The notes beneath the pieces were generated by a model that worked only from the letters and a program-made list of their open reading frames with translations, made no database searches and had not been told where the DNA came from. 49,789 nt of DNA. Source: a virus. A program made the position numbers and the translations under genes. The stretch lies in the IMG/VR virus record IMGVR_UViG_3300017987_000024, positions 1 through 49,789 of that record, one strand, 5' to 3'. This document shows, one piece after another, positions 8,348 through 18,450 of this stretch; the first letter of the stretch is position 1; the number at the start of each line of letters is the position of its first letter.

Positions 8348-10479
8348 CGGCTTGCACCTCGTCGTCCGCGCCGTCTAGCCGCGCGGCGTTTCTTGGGTTT
8401 GGCTTCGTAGGTCTGGAGGCCCATCCCGAACACGCTCAGAAGGCCAAGGGCGGTCCCGGCCGGCACGCCTTGATCCTTCATGGCTTCGTAAATATCATCA
8501 AAGGCCAACGGTGTCGGTGCTTCGAGGGCCGCCCGGCCAAGAGTCATGGGCTCGCCGACCACGTTTTGTCCCGAGAGCACGTCCATCGGAATCCCGAACG
8601 TGGGCGACAGCTTCCCGCGCAGGAACCTCGCCACCACCTCTGCGGACGTGTCGCCGCCGTAGGGAACATCCTCGCCCCGGATCGGTCGCACGGTCCCGGT
8701 AGTGCTGCTCTTCGTCTCTCCGGTAATCAGCCTTGCCAACAGCACCGTCACTTGCGAGATTCCTGAGAACACGTCGATCCGGCTATTGCCAAAGCGGACC
8801 TTGCCGGCGTCGGCCGATCGCAGATCGTCTTCAATCTCGCCCCCGGCCGCATAGCCCAACGCCAGGACGGCCCCTACCCCTATCAGGTATCGGGCGTACT
8901 CCTGGGCCACGAGCTTCCGCACGGCATTGCTGCCGCCCCGCTTGCCGCCTTGGGTCGTCTTGGCCCACAACGGATGGCCCAGCAGAAGTTGGAACCGACT
9001 GACGGTGTACTTCGGCGCGAAAAAGACAGTGTTGAGCCCCACTGCCGCCTGTTCGATACCGATGGACCCTCTGCCGGTCGCTTCGTTGACGAACGTCGCG
9101 ATAGCCATGGCCTCGTCGGCCGTCGGTTCCCCGTTCTGGGTCAGTGTTGCCGCCATCGTGTCGAACGAATCGGCCCGCAAGGCGTTCAGGAAGGTCAGAT
9201 ATGCCCGCTCAGAAGCCTCTACGCCCTTGAACACCGTACTGAGTATGGGAATGTTCGATCGGGCACCCCGCTCGATCAGGTGCGACATATACGCCTCTTC
9301 CATCCGCACCAGTCGCTCGCTCCCGTCGATGGGGGCAATGTAGAGCTTGCTCCGGGCATAGAGAGGGGCGTTCGGGCGGTTCAGGATCTCGCTATTGATT
9401 CGCGACGACGCCTCTTCGGAGACCAGGGCCCGCATCATATCAGGCAAGGCCCGGGCGGCACGCACCGGATGGGCCAGGCCAATGAAGCCCCCTTGCCGAA
9501 AGACGGCCGACAGGTCGAAACTGGTCTTCAGGGCCCGAATCGCATTGAAGGGCTCGGCGATGTGATACCAGATCGTTTTCGGCTTCAACTCCATCATGCC
9601 CACGCGAACATCCCGACGCAGTCGGTTCCGCTGATAGATCAGCTTCTCCAGTGCCTTGCTCTGGGGCAGGGGCGTTTTCTTGGCCTTCGGAGCGAAGTCG
9701 CCCGCCTTGATCCGGGCCTCCAGGTCGGCAATACTCTTTTCCAGCCGCTGCTTCCGAGCCGGATCGCTCTGCGATACTTGCCGCCGCAGGTCGTCGCGAA
9801 TCTCGCGCAGGGCGTCCACAGGCCCGAAGCCCTTGGCCTTCTTCCTCTTCGCCGCGGGCAGCGTCCCCGCCTCCAGATGCTGCTGGAGTGCGTTGACTTC
9901 GTCCATGACCCGCTTGACGGCCTTGGCGTCCTTGATATGCTTGCGGGCGATATTGATTTGGTCCTGGAGGCCCTGGAGCGAATCGTGCAGTTTCGCCTCC
10001 TGGATACGGTCCATGACGATCTCGCCCGATTCGATCTGGGCGTCCAGTGCGTCCAGGCGGCCCTGCAACGACTCTCTCATCTTCGGGTCGGCCGTATTGA
10101 GCCAACTTCGAAGTTTTCTACTGGTCTTGCGAAGCTGCTCGACGCTCTCGGGCCCGATCTCGCGGGGCTCCGGCGCGTCCGGGGGCTTGCCTTCCTCCAG
10201 ATACTGCTCCACCTGCTCGATCTTCTCTCGCAGGCGGCTATGGCTGCGGGCTTCACGCTTGATGCGGGCCAGCTTCTGGGCCAGGTCGTCCAACTCCTTC
10301 GCCTCATTGGTGGAGGCGTCCACGATCGCATCGACAATGGCGTTGGCGTCCATGACGGGGAAGCTCTTTTGGATCTCGCCCACCACCTCGTCAATGTTCT
10401 TGACGTCCGGGTCCTCTGCGATATTCAGCGACAACTGGTAGATGGCCAGGGCGAGTTCGGAGCAGTCTTTCTTAGGCAT
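8344..10479 (-). CDS. Internal virion or ejection-like protein (711 aa)
   Basis: Assigned by position between the nozzle and fibre genes. The N-terminal half has four ~45-aa coiled-coil repeats (L..LE.G..). The C-terminal part is Gly/Ala-rich and hydrophobic. It overlaps its neighbours by 4 and 8 nt. Confidence 0.75.
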   Translation of the reverse strand: MPKKDCSELALAIYQLSLNIAEDPDVKNIDEVVGEIQKSFPVMDANAIVDAIVDASTNEAKELDDLAQKLARIKREARSHSRLREKIEQVEQYLEEGKPPDAPEPREIGPESVEQLRKTSRKLRSWLNTADPKMRESLQGRLDALDAQIESGEIVMDRIQEAKLHDSLQGLQDQINIARKHIKDAKAVKRVMDEVNALQQHLEAGTLPAAKRKKAKGFGPVDALREIRDDLRRQVSQSDPARKQRLEKSIADLEARIKAGDFAPKAKKTPLPQSKALEKLIYQRNRLRRDVRVGMMELKPKTIWYHIAEPFNAIRALKTSFDLSAVFRQGGFIGLAHPVRAARALPDMMRALVSEEASSRINSEILNRPNAPLYARSKLYIAPIDGSERLVRMEEAYMSHLIERGARSNIPILSTVFKGVEASERAYLTFLNALRADSFDTMAATLTQNGEPTADEAMAIATFVNEATGRGSIGIEQAAVGLNTVFFAPKYTVSRFQLLLGHPLWAKTTQGGKRGGSNAVRKLVAQEYARYLIGVGAVLALGYAAGGEIEDDLRSADAGKVRFGNSRIDVFSGISQVTVLLARLITGETKSSTTGTVRPIRGEDVPYGGDTSAEVVARFLRGKLSPTFGIPMDVLSGQNVVGEPMTLGRAALEAPTPLAFDDIYEAMKDQGVPAGTALGLLSVFGMGLQTYEAKPKKRRAARRRGRRGASR

Positions 10480-13400
10480 CGTAGCACCCCGCCTTCATCA
10501 GTTCGGCCACGCGATTGACCAGTTGTGCTCGCTTGCTTCGTAACTCGCTTACTGAGGCACGTTTACGGCCGCCCTTCTTGCCCCTGCCCGTCGCTTTCGC
10601 CGCCTTTGCCTTGGCCAGTTCCTTCTGCATTTGCTCGACTTGCTCCGACTTCTCGGCCAGTTCGGTCGTCAGTTTGGCGAACTTCTCCGCTTCTTCTTTG
10701 CTCAGTTCAGCGCCCTTGGCCGCCTTCGCCCTCGTTTTCACGGCCACCAGAGAGAAATTCTGATTGATGGTCAGCTTCAATGCGTTCAGGGCCCGCCCAA
10801 TCTCGCTGTCGCTGTGGTCCAGCGCTCTGCTGATATTGTCAACTTCCGCTTCAATCGTGTTCGCCCTCGCCGACATCTCCTTAACGGCTACGGGGTCCTT
10901 CTCGCTATGCAGGCTCGCCATGACAGATTCGTGTTCGTTCTCCAGCTCGACCATGCGAATGGTCAAGCCGGCCGATTGGTAGTCTGCCAATGGGAAGGGG
11001 TTGAGGTTGATTTCCGTTGCGATGCGCAGGGCGTTTTCGGGCACCTTCTCTTGCCATGCCCGAGCCATCGCCTGCTCCCACGTGCGGCGCGACTTGGAAT
11101 TGATGGCAGCCAGGCCCAGCCTGTCGCGGTTCTTGGCGATGAAGCGTTTTTGCGGGGAGCTTAGTCGCTCACGGGGACTCTGTTCGGCGTCCAGCACTTC
11201 CTGCGTATTCGGAGGCTCGGCGGCCCCTTCGTCGGCGGTTTCCTGTGGCTTTTCTGTGGCTACAGATTGTGAACCGGGCGCGGCCTGCCCGGTGGAGGGG
11301 TTAAAAGAGCGAAGGCCAGCTATTAGTTTGTCTTCTGCTGTTTCCGGTAAGCCGCTACGCATACCGTATTCGTATCGGTCTGCCGCGAGAGCGTCTTTGT
11401 ATTCATCAATAAGCGACTGGAGCACCGAGTCAAGGTCTTCTTCTGCCTCCAACTCAGCGACAATACCTCCAACGTTCAGGTCGCCGTCGTCATACCTTTC
11501 CACAAGACTCTTAATCGGGGTGGCCGGCTCCGCGTGCTGTTCGTCGGGAGTTTGCAACGACATGATTCGTCGGCCCAAGTCCTCGGTAGATATTTCCCCT
11601 CGGGCGTGCTGAGCCTTCAGTTCGGTAACCTGTTCCGCGAAGGCTTTTGTCCCTCCAGGCCGCTCGGGGTTCGGAGGCTGTTGCTCGCGGCCCACCCCTT
11701 TATCTTCCGTCACGCCTGCGATTATACCTTCTTGCCCTAGAGCCTGTCCAGCCGCCAGCGCCGCGTCTGCCCCTAACTCGGCGTTCTCGACCTCTTCAAT
11801 GCCCTCAGCTATTGCTCTTTCGTATGCTTCGGAATGGCTGCCTGGGACATCAAGCTGACGCCCCATCGCCGGAATTTCTGCCACCCGACCGGCGCCTTCT
11901 TCGCGAATTGTTACTGCATCTAACTCGTATCCACCCGCTGTCGTCGGCTCCTTCCGGAACTTGAGCGATTCTTTCACAACAGCCTCGGCGCCAATATCTC
12001 CTTTTAGCCATGCTTGAAATGTTTCTCGGCTTACGGCTGCTTCCATCCAAGATGGTGCTGTCTGCCTCCTCGCGCCTTCTATCGACTGCACAGCGTCCGC
12101 CGTCTCGCCTGTAACCTCCGGCGCAGACTCAGCTTCCGGTTGCATTTCCGGTTGCACAGCCGCCTCCGTCTCAGCTACCCCAGCGGTAGCACCTTCAGCT
12201 CCAGTCTCAGCGGCCTCTTTCCCGCCGGTCTCCGCAGCGGCCTCTTCCTGCGCCCGATCCAGATCATCGGCCAGCGCCTCCATTGCCGCCACCTCGTCGG
12301 AGTAGGTCCGTGCCTTGGCTGAAAGCTCATCTTCCATCTTGCGTTTCGCTGATTCGTATCGCTGCTGGTTTCGCCATTGACCTTCATTCTCGGCCCCAGC
12401 CATGGCTTGGTTCATCATGTGACGGCCCATATTGAACGTCCCGCCCACCGCCGCCCCGCCGCCGGCCGCCAGTAACACCCTCCGCACAGCCTCGTCGGCG
12501 TCTATGTCCTTGTACGTCGACTCCCCTCCCAGTGCCGCACCTTCCTGCAAGCCTTCCTCCAGGGCCTCGCTAATCGAGCCGAACCCGAATTGAGCGCCAC
12601 GCTTGATGCCTTTCGAGACGATCTTCTCCGTGACGGCGCTCAACAGCTTCTCCGCACCCAAAGCACCGGACATTTCGATAGCGGCCGCGGCGATACCCAC
12701 CCCAGCCTTGATCTTCAGGGCCAGTTCTTCCGGGGCGCCACCGGCACGGGCATTCTGGTAGGCACTTTCACCTTCCACCGAATACCCAACCATGAAGGCC
12801 CCCAAGGGCCCCGCCGCAAAGGAGGCGGCGGTAGTGGCCGTGATATAGGGCACAGTCTCGGCCACCATGCCAAACAGCTTGGCCATGGCATCGTCCCGCT
12901 TCATAACGAGGTCGGGGTGTTGGGCGGCTTCGTAGTACAAGCGGGAGTTGGCCTTGTGCTTGGCCACCATGCGTTCAGCGTTCTCACGGGACAACGGGGG
13001 AGCCCACCGGCCGTAGCCTGGCTGTTCGTTCAACTGGCCCAAGGTGCCGGTAAAGCCACTGAGCACGTTGGCCATCCCGGCGTCCAGCCGCTTCTCGAAG
13101 ACATCTTCCCAGTAGGGCCCAACGCGGGCCTGTTCTTCGCGGGCCCGGAATATCTTGTTCCACGCCCACACCTGCCGGGCCATCGAATCCTCGTTCTCCA
13201 GGGCCCAGGCCGTGATCTCGCTGGGCTTGAGCACCTTGCCGAATAGCTGCCTGCTCAGTTCTTCCTCGGCGTTGAAGGTGAAAGACTCTGAGGCCCCGGT
13301 AACGGCCGAGAAAAAGAGCGATGCGGCCAGCTTGTCCTCGAACTCCTGGCGATCCCCTTCCAGAGGCGCCAAGGCTTCGTCGTAAGCGCCCCGCATCGGA

Positions 13401-13606
13401 TGAGGTATAGCCTCGCGCAGAGACCCGCCTTGGGCGGCGACATAGTCCCACGTGTTGGCGGGGACGGGCAACGCCACTCCGAACCGCTGGGCAAACTGGG
13501 GAAAGGGGATATCGCTGTAATTCTTGGCGTGCAGGGCTTGCGCCAACTGGATATCATCCATGTCATTGTAGTCGGGGTTCTGTGTTCTGAATTCGGTGAT
13601 CTGCAT
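10472..13606 (-). CDS. Large internal virion or ejection-like protein (1044 aa)
   Basis: Assigned by size and position. It is mostly helical, with a Gly-rich hydrophobic patch LLAAGGGAAVGGTF and an acidic low-complexity centre. Confidence 0.75.
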   Translation of the reverse strand: MQITEFRTQNPDYNDMDDIQLAQALHAKNYSDIPFPQFAQRFGVALPVPANTWDYVAAQGGSLREAIPHPMRGAYDEALAPLEGDRQEFEDKLAASLFFSAVTGASESFTFNAEEELSRQLFGKVLKPSEITAWALENEDSMARQVWAWNKIFRAREEQARVGPYWEDVFEKRLDAGMANVLSGFTGTLGQLNEQPGYGRWAPPLSRENAERMVAKHKANSRLYYEAAQHPDLVMKRDDAMAKLFGMVAETVPYITATTAASFAAGPLGAFMVGYSVEGESAYQNARAGGAPEELALKIKAGVGIAAAAIEMSGALGAEKLLSAVTEKIVSKGIKRGAQFGFGSISEALEEGLQEGAALGGESTYKDIDADEAVRRVLLAAGGGAAVGGTFNMGRHMMNQAMAGAENEGQWRNQQRYESAKRKMEDELSAKARTYSDEVAAMEALADDLDRAQEEAAAETGGKEAAETGAEGATAGVAETEAAVQPEMQPEAESAPEVTGETADAVQSIEGARRQTAPSWMEAAVSRETFQAWLKGDIGAEAVVKESLKFRKEPTTAGGYELDAVTIREEGAGRVAEIPAMGRQLDVPGSHSEAYERAIAEGIEEVENAELGADAALAAGQALGQEGIIAGVTEDKGVGREQQPPNPERPGGTKAFAEQVTELKAQHARGEISTEDLGRRIMSLQTPDEQHAEPATPIKSLVERYDDGDLNVGGIVAELEAEEDLDSVLQSLIDEYKDALAADRYEYGMRSGLPETAEDKLIAGLRSFNPSTGQAAPGSQSVATEKPQETADEGAAEPPNTQEVLDAEQSPRERLSSPQKRFIAKNRDRLGLAAINSKSRRTWEQAMARAWQEKVPENALRIATEINLNPFPLADYQSAGLTIRMVELENEHESVMASLHSEKDPVAVKEMSARANTIEAEVDNISRALDHSDSEIGRALNALKLTINQNFSLVAVKTRAKAAKGAELSKEEAEKFAKLTTELAEKSEQVEQMQKELAKAKAAKATGRGKKGGRKRASVSELRSKRAQLVNRVAELMKAGCYDA

Positions 13607-15159
13607 CAGCGAATCCCCAGCGGGTCTTTTTTCTTCACACTCGGTTTCTTGGGTGGGTTGTTGGGTGACTGCGAATAGAAGTCATAACCCATCGTCGATT
13701 CCCAAGACGCAGGCTCATTGGAGCCCCAAGGGAATAGCCGGTCTACCAATGGCAACTTGCCCACCACGTCCTTGACCGCCTCCTCAATGCGTGGTTGCAG
13801 AATCCGGTTGACCTCTTTGCGGAACTCGTCCGGCTTCCATTGCTGGTCAGGGGCGGTGAACTCCTCTGCCACCTGCCGGATTTCCTTCATCACATCGCCG
13901 AGGGCGCTATCCAAACCCAGTTCGTCTACGACCTCGTCCTCCGACGTGAATTTCGGCAGCAACACCCGCTCGGCCAGCACGCCCGCGTCGGCAATTGCCT
14001 TGTCCGCCCGCGTTCGATGGGTCTTGCCACCCAATTTCTCGAAGTATTCAGCATCGGCTTCGTCCAAGGTATTGAAATTCTCCACATAGACGGCGTCCCA
14101 TTCGTCATACGACATCTCGCCTGCTATGAACCGATCTGTCGTTCGGCTGACAATACCGAAAGCCCTGGACCGTTCCTCTCGCGTTGGACTATCTTCTACT
14201 GCGCGAGTCAGTGCCTGGCTCATCATCCATCCGGTCTCTTCACTGTTGTCACCGTTGCGCATGGCGGCTTCGATCAGGGCCGGCGTCATCTCTTCGCCCG
14301 GCTTGGCCGCACCCCGCAGAGTCTGAAGCACCGCAGCCCTGAGATTGCGGTCGTTGGTCTTGACCCGCTCGGCGTTGACCTTGTCCGCTTGAATGCGTGC
14401 GGCGCTCAGTTCGAGCTCCACCCCCTTCTTCAGTGCCCTGATATCGTCCGGGCCGAACAAGGGCACGTCGATCTGATCGTCCAGAACACTCCGGGGGGCC
14501 ATGTCGTTGGCATGGTCGAGAATGCCCGGGTCTCCGGCGGCCAGGGCCTGCTGTGCGAGGTAGTCCCCCACCACGCGCCGGGTGAAGTCGCGCTTCGCCT
14601 GCTCGGCCACCGCGCGGGTCGGTACGCTGTCGACCGGCTGGGACCCGCCGTTGAAACCGCTCTCGATATGGGTCAGGCCCGCCGATAGATGCGAGACCAT
14701 GTCGGTGTCGTCGAGGTAGGCGCGCGATTCGTACAGCCCCTTGAGCCCGGACTGGTAGTCGGCGTTGGTATTCGCCGCCGCCTGGACCGCCGCATTGTTG
14801 CCGATCCACCCCTCCCATTCCGCCATCGATTCGTCGAGTTCAAGAGACACCACATTGCGGGCCTGTGGCTGGGTAATACCACTCATCACGCCCTTGCGAA
14901 TGCGCTCCCGACTCTTGGCGAAATGGCCCCGCCACTTCTCCGGCTCGGCCTGGTGCTCTTGCATATAGGTCCGCAGGGCCTGCCGCTCCTTCTCCTTGGC
15001 GATATTGCCGCTGGAGACCTGCTGTCGGTAGAGTGCGTCAATCTCTTCGTTGCTCTCGTGGACCAAGGCCCCAAGAATGGTATCGGCGACCCCGATTCTC
15101 GCTCGGTGCTCTGGTGCTCCGTAGAGAGCGCTGCGCGATGGTGTAAAGGCTCTAGCCAT
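13606..15159 (-). CDS. Internal virion-like protein (517 aa)
   Basis: Long coherent ORF in the tail/ejectosome block. Its stop overlaps the next start by 1 nt. Confidence 0.75.
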   Translation of the reverse strand: MARAFTPSRSALYGAPEHRARIGVADTILGALVHESNEEIDALYRQQVSSGNIAKEKERQALRTYMQEHQAEPEKWRGHFAKSRERIRKGVMSGITQPQARNVVSLELDESMAEWEGWIGNNAAVQAAANTNADYQSGLKGLYESRAYLDDTDMVSHLSAGLTHIESGFNGGSQPVDSVPTRAVAEQAKRDFTRRVVGDYLAQQALAAGDPGILDHANDMAPRSVLDDQIDVPLFGPDDIRALKKGVELELSAARIQADKVNAERVKTNDRNLRAAVLQTLRGAAKPGEEMTPALIEAAMRNGDNSEETGWMMSQALTRAVEDSPTREERSRAFGIVSRTTDRFIAGEMSYDEWDAVYVENFNTLDEADAEYFEKLGGKTHRTRADKAIADAGVLAERVLLPKFTSEDEVVDELGLDSALGDVMKEIRQVAEEFTAPDQQWKPDEFRKEVNRILQPRIEEAVKDVVGKLPLVDRLFPWGSNEPASWESTMGYDFYSQSPNNPPKKPSVKKKDPLGIR

Positions 15160-15161
15160 AA

Positions 15162-15677
15162 TCAGTGCATCCGATAGACAGGTGTCTTCTTCTCGTAGAA
15201 CAGGCCCGTCCCCTTGCGACCCAGGCCCTCGCGTCGCTGTGCGAAGGCCAGTCCGCCGGTCAACAGCGACCCGAACGCCTCCGTTCGTCCCGCCCGACGG
15301 GCCGAACGGCCTGCCCGGCGATATTGGTCCGCCATAAAGTTCCGCTGGCGTATCGTCTCAGTGGCTTCGCCCGCGACCAGGTTCTTTCGTCTCGCGACCT
15401 TGGCGGCAATGGCCTTGGTCAAGGTGACAACCGAGCCGGCGGCCCGCAACCCGGACTTGCCCGCCCCCGCCCGGACTTGCCCCTGTGCCGTACGGCCTTC
15501 GCGGTCGAGTTCCCGCATCTCATCGGTGGCGCGGCGTTCAGTGTATGCGTTCTGGCGGCCCATCTCTGCGGCCTGGGCCTTGTAGGCTTTCTCCGCCTCT
15601 TTGCCGGCCCCGTACTGTTCAACCGCTTTCCAGCCGCTGACGCCCAGCAACCCTACTGATATTGGATCAAGTCCCAT
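15162..15677 (-). CDS. Small internal virion-like protein
   Basis: ORF 15162..15737 trimmed to the ATG at 15677 (MGLDPISVGLLG...) with GAGGG upstream. The protein is Ala/Arg/Gly-rich. Confidence 0.65.
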   Translation of the reverse strand: MGLDPISVGLLGVSGWKAVEQYGAGKEAEKAYKAQAAEMGRQNAYTERRATDEMRELDREGRTAQGQVRAGAGKSGLRAAGSVVTLTKAIAAKVARRKNLVAGEATETIRQRNFMADQYRRAGRSARRAGRTEAFGSLLTGGLAFAQRREGLGRKGTGLFYEKKTPVYRMH

Positions 15678-15685
15678 ATTGCCCT

Positions 15686-16036
15686 CTATCGCACCAAAAT
15701 ATTGCCCTGCTGGATGAAGCCCAGGTGCTTGAACCATGCCGGTTTGTCCACCGTCGCTTCGGCGTAGACCCGGTACAAGTGCTCCTGAGCGATGCTATGG
15801 GCCATCACTTCCCGCGCGGTACGTAGTATCGTCTTGCTATGCCCTTTGCTGTCCGGGCCGAGCATCGCCCACGCCTGGCCGATTCCCTGGACCCGCACCC
15901 CCCCGATCGCCACTACCGTGGAGCCTTCCAGCAGCGCGAAGGCCGGACCCGCCACGGCGTTGAGACATGCAGTGCCGTCCGGCTGGACGCCCGCCAGTTC
16001 GCGAAAGTGATCCACAGTGTAGGGTTCAACATTCAT
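15686..16036 (-). CDS. Small GNAT-like N-acetyltransferase
   Basis: VRVQGIGQAW fits the (R/Q)xxGxG/A acetyl-CoA loop. The RVYAEA...WFKHLGF tail is typical of GNATs. ATGA overlap with the upstream gene. Confidence 0.6.
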   Translation of the reverse strand: MNVEPYTVDHFRELAGVQPDGTACLNAVAGPAFALLEGSTVVAIGGVRVQGIGQAWAMLGPDSKGHSKTILRTAREVMAHSIAQEHLYRVYAEATVDKPAWFKHLGFIQQGNILVR

Positions 16037-18450
16037 TCCGTTGCCACCTCCATGTTGACAGTCACCGAGCGTACGGTCAGCGGCACGGGGTCCGTCTCGT
16101 AGATCGTTACGACCGGCTTGCGGCTATCGCTCCGCAGGAAGGGTGCGTACCCGCGGCGAGGCTTGTAGCCGGTGTAAGGGTCCATTGATGTGGCGAAATC
16201 GTCGTCAGAGAAGATCCAGTCGGCCGCTTTGTCCGTACTGGCGCCGACGTGAGCGCCCATCGTCTCGATGAAGTCCACCGCGATCGACTTGATGCGGCTC
16301 GCGCGACTCTGTGTCTCCTGGTCCACCAGCGGCATCGTCTGGAGCGTGGACGTGTAGGTCAGGCCCACGATCGCGACGTCGTATTCGTCCTCCACGTCCA
16401 CAACGCCGCTGCCGTTGACGGTAAACGAGCCGACGGGTCGGCCGTCGGCGTAGACCCCGCAGGATTCGGCCACGGCCCAGGTCATACCCTCCCACGTATC
16501 GCCGCTCTGCGTCAACCCGCCGCCACCGCCGCTCGTGCCATATCCCCCGCAGTCGACGTACCAGCAATAGTCCGAGTCCGTGCCCCAATCCATCGCCTGG
16601 AACTGCTCGATATAGCGAACCGTGCTGGAGTTCACCGTCCGCTTGACCACAACCCAGACCTCTTCGTCCAGTCGCGTCGTGCCATCGGCGCGGGTCGAGC
16701 CGCCCGGCACCACCGCCACCGACTCGAATTCGTCCCAGGTATCAGAGTCCGTCTGCCCGGTAATGTGCCGCGACCACGCCAGCACTTCATGGCGGCGCTC
16801 GTAGGTCAGGGCCAGTAGCTGACCGTCCGCTCGAACCGCCCACAATAGGGGCTCCGGCCGCTGCTGAAAGGCCAGTTGGACGATTCCGCCGTCGGCGATG
16901 TGCTCGGCCAGGATCGTCAAATCTTCCGCAACGTAGCGATCCTCGGCGTACGTGTAAGTCACTTCCCGCACTCGCTCGGCTCCACGTTCGACGTAGAGCA
17001 GGGTATCGCCGGCCTCGATTGCGTCCATGTAGGCGCAGCCGTAACGACTCTGCTGGCGGTAGATGGGCGTCTCGGTGGGAGTAATGGCGACCTCCGTAGA
17101 CCCCAACCGGCCCACGCCGTCGGTCGTTCCGATCATCAAGTACTCGGCCGACGTCATCCACTGGATCGGACTCATGCCGGGCAAAACGTAGGTCCACGCC
17201 TCGTCGGCGTTCTCTCCGTCGCCGTCTGTGAAATCGTCGTAATCGGCGTCCGTACTACTCACCACCGAACCCCAAACCGTCTGGGGGTAGGATTCAGAGC
17301 CGCCGTAGATACACCGCTGCTCGTGATGCTCCACGCTGCGGGGCCAGCCTCGATAATCGCTCCAGACCCCTTCGCTCCATTTCGTGGTCGCAGCAGTGTC
17401 GGTCAGGTCGGAGAGCACGGTGGCCGTGACGGAGGTCGTACTGGCATAGGTGGCAATCCGAACCACGCCATAGTCCATCGCCTCGCGCCGAACGATTGTG
17501 CCCGTAGGGGCCACGCCGAGGCCGCCATATTCGCTCATTACGAATCGGTACTGAACGTCCTCTTCCTCTTCGTCGGCCGTGTAGGTCCATCGCTGCTGAT
17601 AGGGCGTCGCATGATAGACATTGGCAATACTCCACACCGTCGTCCAGGTGCTCCCTGCGTCAACGGAACGCTTGAGGGACACAATGCCCGTCCATTTCCC
17701 CTCGATCGTACCATCAAACTCGCCGGTCAAGGTGATGGAACTGGTGGGAGTGCCGTCGGTTGCTACCGCTTCCTGAAGCGTGGCGGTGGGAGACAGATGG
17801 CCGATTTCCCACAGGGCCCCAACGTGCTCCGCATTGAACAGGGCTGAACTGGCCGTCAGCGTGACCGTTCCGGTGGTCGCACTGGGCGTGATCGTTATGG
17901 CCCCGTCGTTCTCGTCCAGAAACGGGCCGGTCTCGAAGTCGATCTTGGACAGCGTCCAATCGGTATGGGAGGCTGAATTGCGCGTCAGCTTGTAGGGCGG
18001 GTAGTCGGGGTGGACGAATCGCATGTATTGAGCGTCTTGAGTGTACTGCAACTCAAAGACGTCCGATTTGTCCCACGGCGTCGCCAGTTCATAGGCCGTC
18101 CCGTCCAGGACCTGGGCCCCGGCGCGGTAGAATCGCATGTACTCGTCGCCCAACTCCAGGACGTAGGTGTCGTCCGTGGAATACTGGCACGCAATGACTC
18201 GGGTCGCGTCGTCAGAGTCCTTGACGGTAGCGATATACTTCGTTCCCGGCCGGCGAGTGACGGGCCCCTGGCTGCGAACCAGCATATTCTCCAGCGTGCG
18301 GGCCCCGTTGTAGTAACGGGCAAAGTCGGTACGGCCCTCCATTTGAGGGCTCAATTCGCCCGCGTTGAACTGGGTCAACGTCACGCTGCGGGGCGTCTGT
18401 CCGGCGCCGACCGCCGCGAGCCATAGCACAAGCAGTAGGACCCGCCTCAT
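16033..18450 (-). CDS. Nozzle or tail tubular protein B-like (805 aa)
   Basis: Assigned by size and position after the adaptor. The N-terminal FNAGELSPQMEGRTDFARYYNGARTLENMLVRSQGPVTRRPGTKYI is recalled as typical of podovirus nozzle or stabilisation proteins. Leader-like MRRVLLLVLWLAAVGAG. Confidence 0.7.
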   Translation of the reverse strand: MRRVLLLVLWLAAVGAGQTPRSVTLTQFNAGELSPQMEGRTDFARYYNGARTLENMLVRSQGPVTRRPGTKYIATVKDSDDATRVIACQYSTDDTYVLELGDEYMRFYRAGAQVLDGTAYELATPWDKSDVFELQYTQDAQYMRFVHPDYPPYKLTRNSASHTDWTLSKIDFETGPFLDENDGAITITPSATTGTVTLTASSALFNAEHVGALWEIGHLSPTATLQEAVATDGTPTSSITLTGEFDGTIEGKWTGIVSLKRSVDAGSTWTTVWSIANVYHATPYQQRWTYTADEEEEDVQYRFVMSEYGGLGVAPTGTIVRREAMDYGVVRIATYASTTSVTATVLSDLTDTAATTKWSEGVWSDYRGWPRSVEHHEQRCIYGGSESYPQTVWGSVVSSTDADYDDFTDGDGENADEAWTYVLPGMSPIQWMTSAEYLMIGTTDGVGRLGSTEVAITPTETPIYRQQSRYGCAYMDAIEAGDTLLYVERGAERVREVTYTYAEDRYVAEDLTILAEHIADGGIVQLAFQQRPEPLLWAVRADGQLLALTYERRHEVLAWSRHITGQTDSDTWDEFESVAVVPGGSTRADGTTRLDEEVWVVVKRTVNSSTVRYIEQFQAMDWGTDSDYCWYVDCGGYGTSGGGGGLTQSGDTWEGMTWAVAESCGVYADGRPVGSFTVNGSGVVDVEDEYDVAIVGLTYTSTLQTMPLVDQETQSRASRIKSIAVDFIETMGAHVGASTDKAADWIFSDDDFATSMDPYTGYKPRRGYAPFLRSDSRKPVVTIYETDPVPLTVRSVTVNMEVATE

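Noticed and set aside
8950-10518. A 522-aa plus-strand ORF. Similar long antisense ORFs are 27658..28986, 18498..19733, 22095..23174, 20417..21433, 33035..34144 (minus) and 12590..13246.
   Set aside because: They lie antisense to coherent, motif-bearing genes. They are Arg/Gly/Pro/His-rich with low complexity, lack an RBS, and are the usual shadow ORFs of GC-rich DNA.
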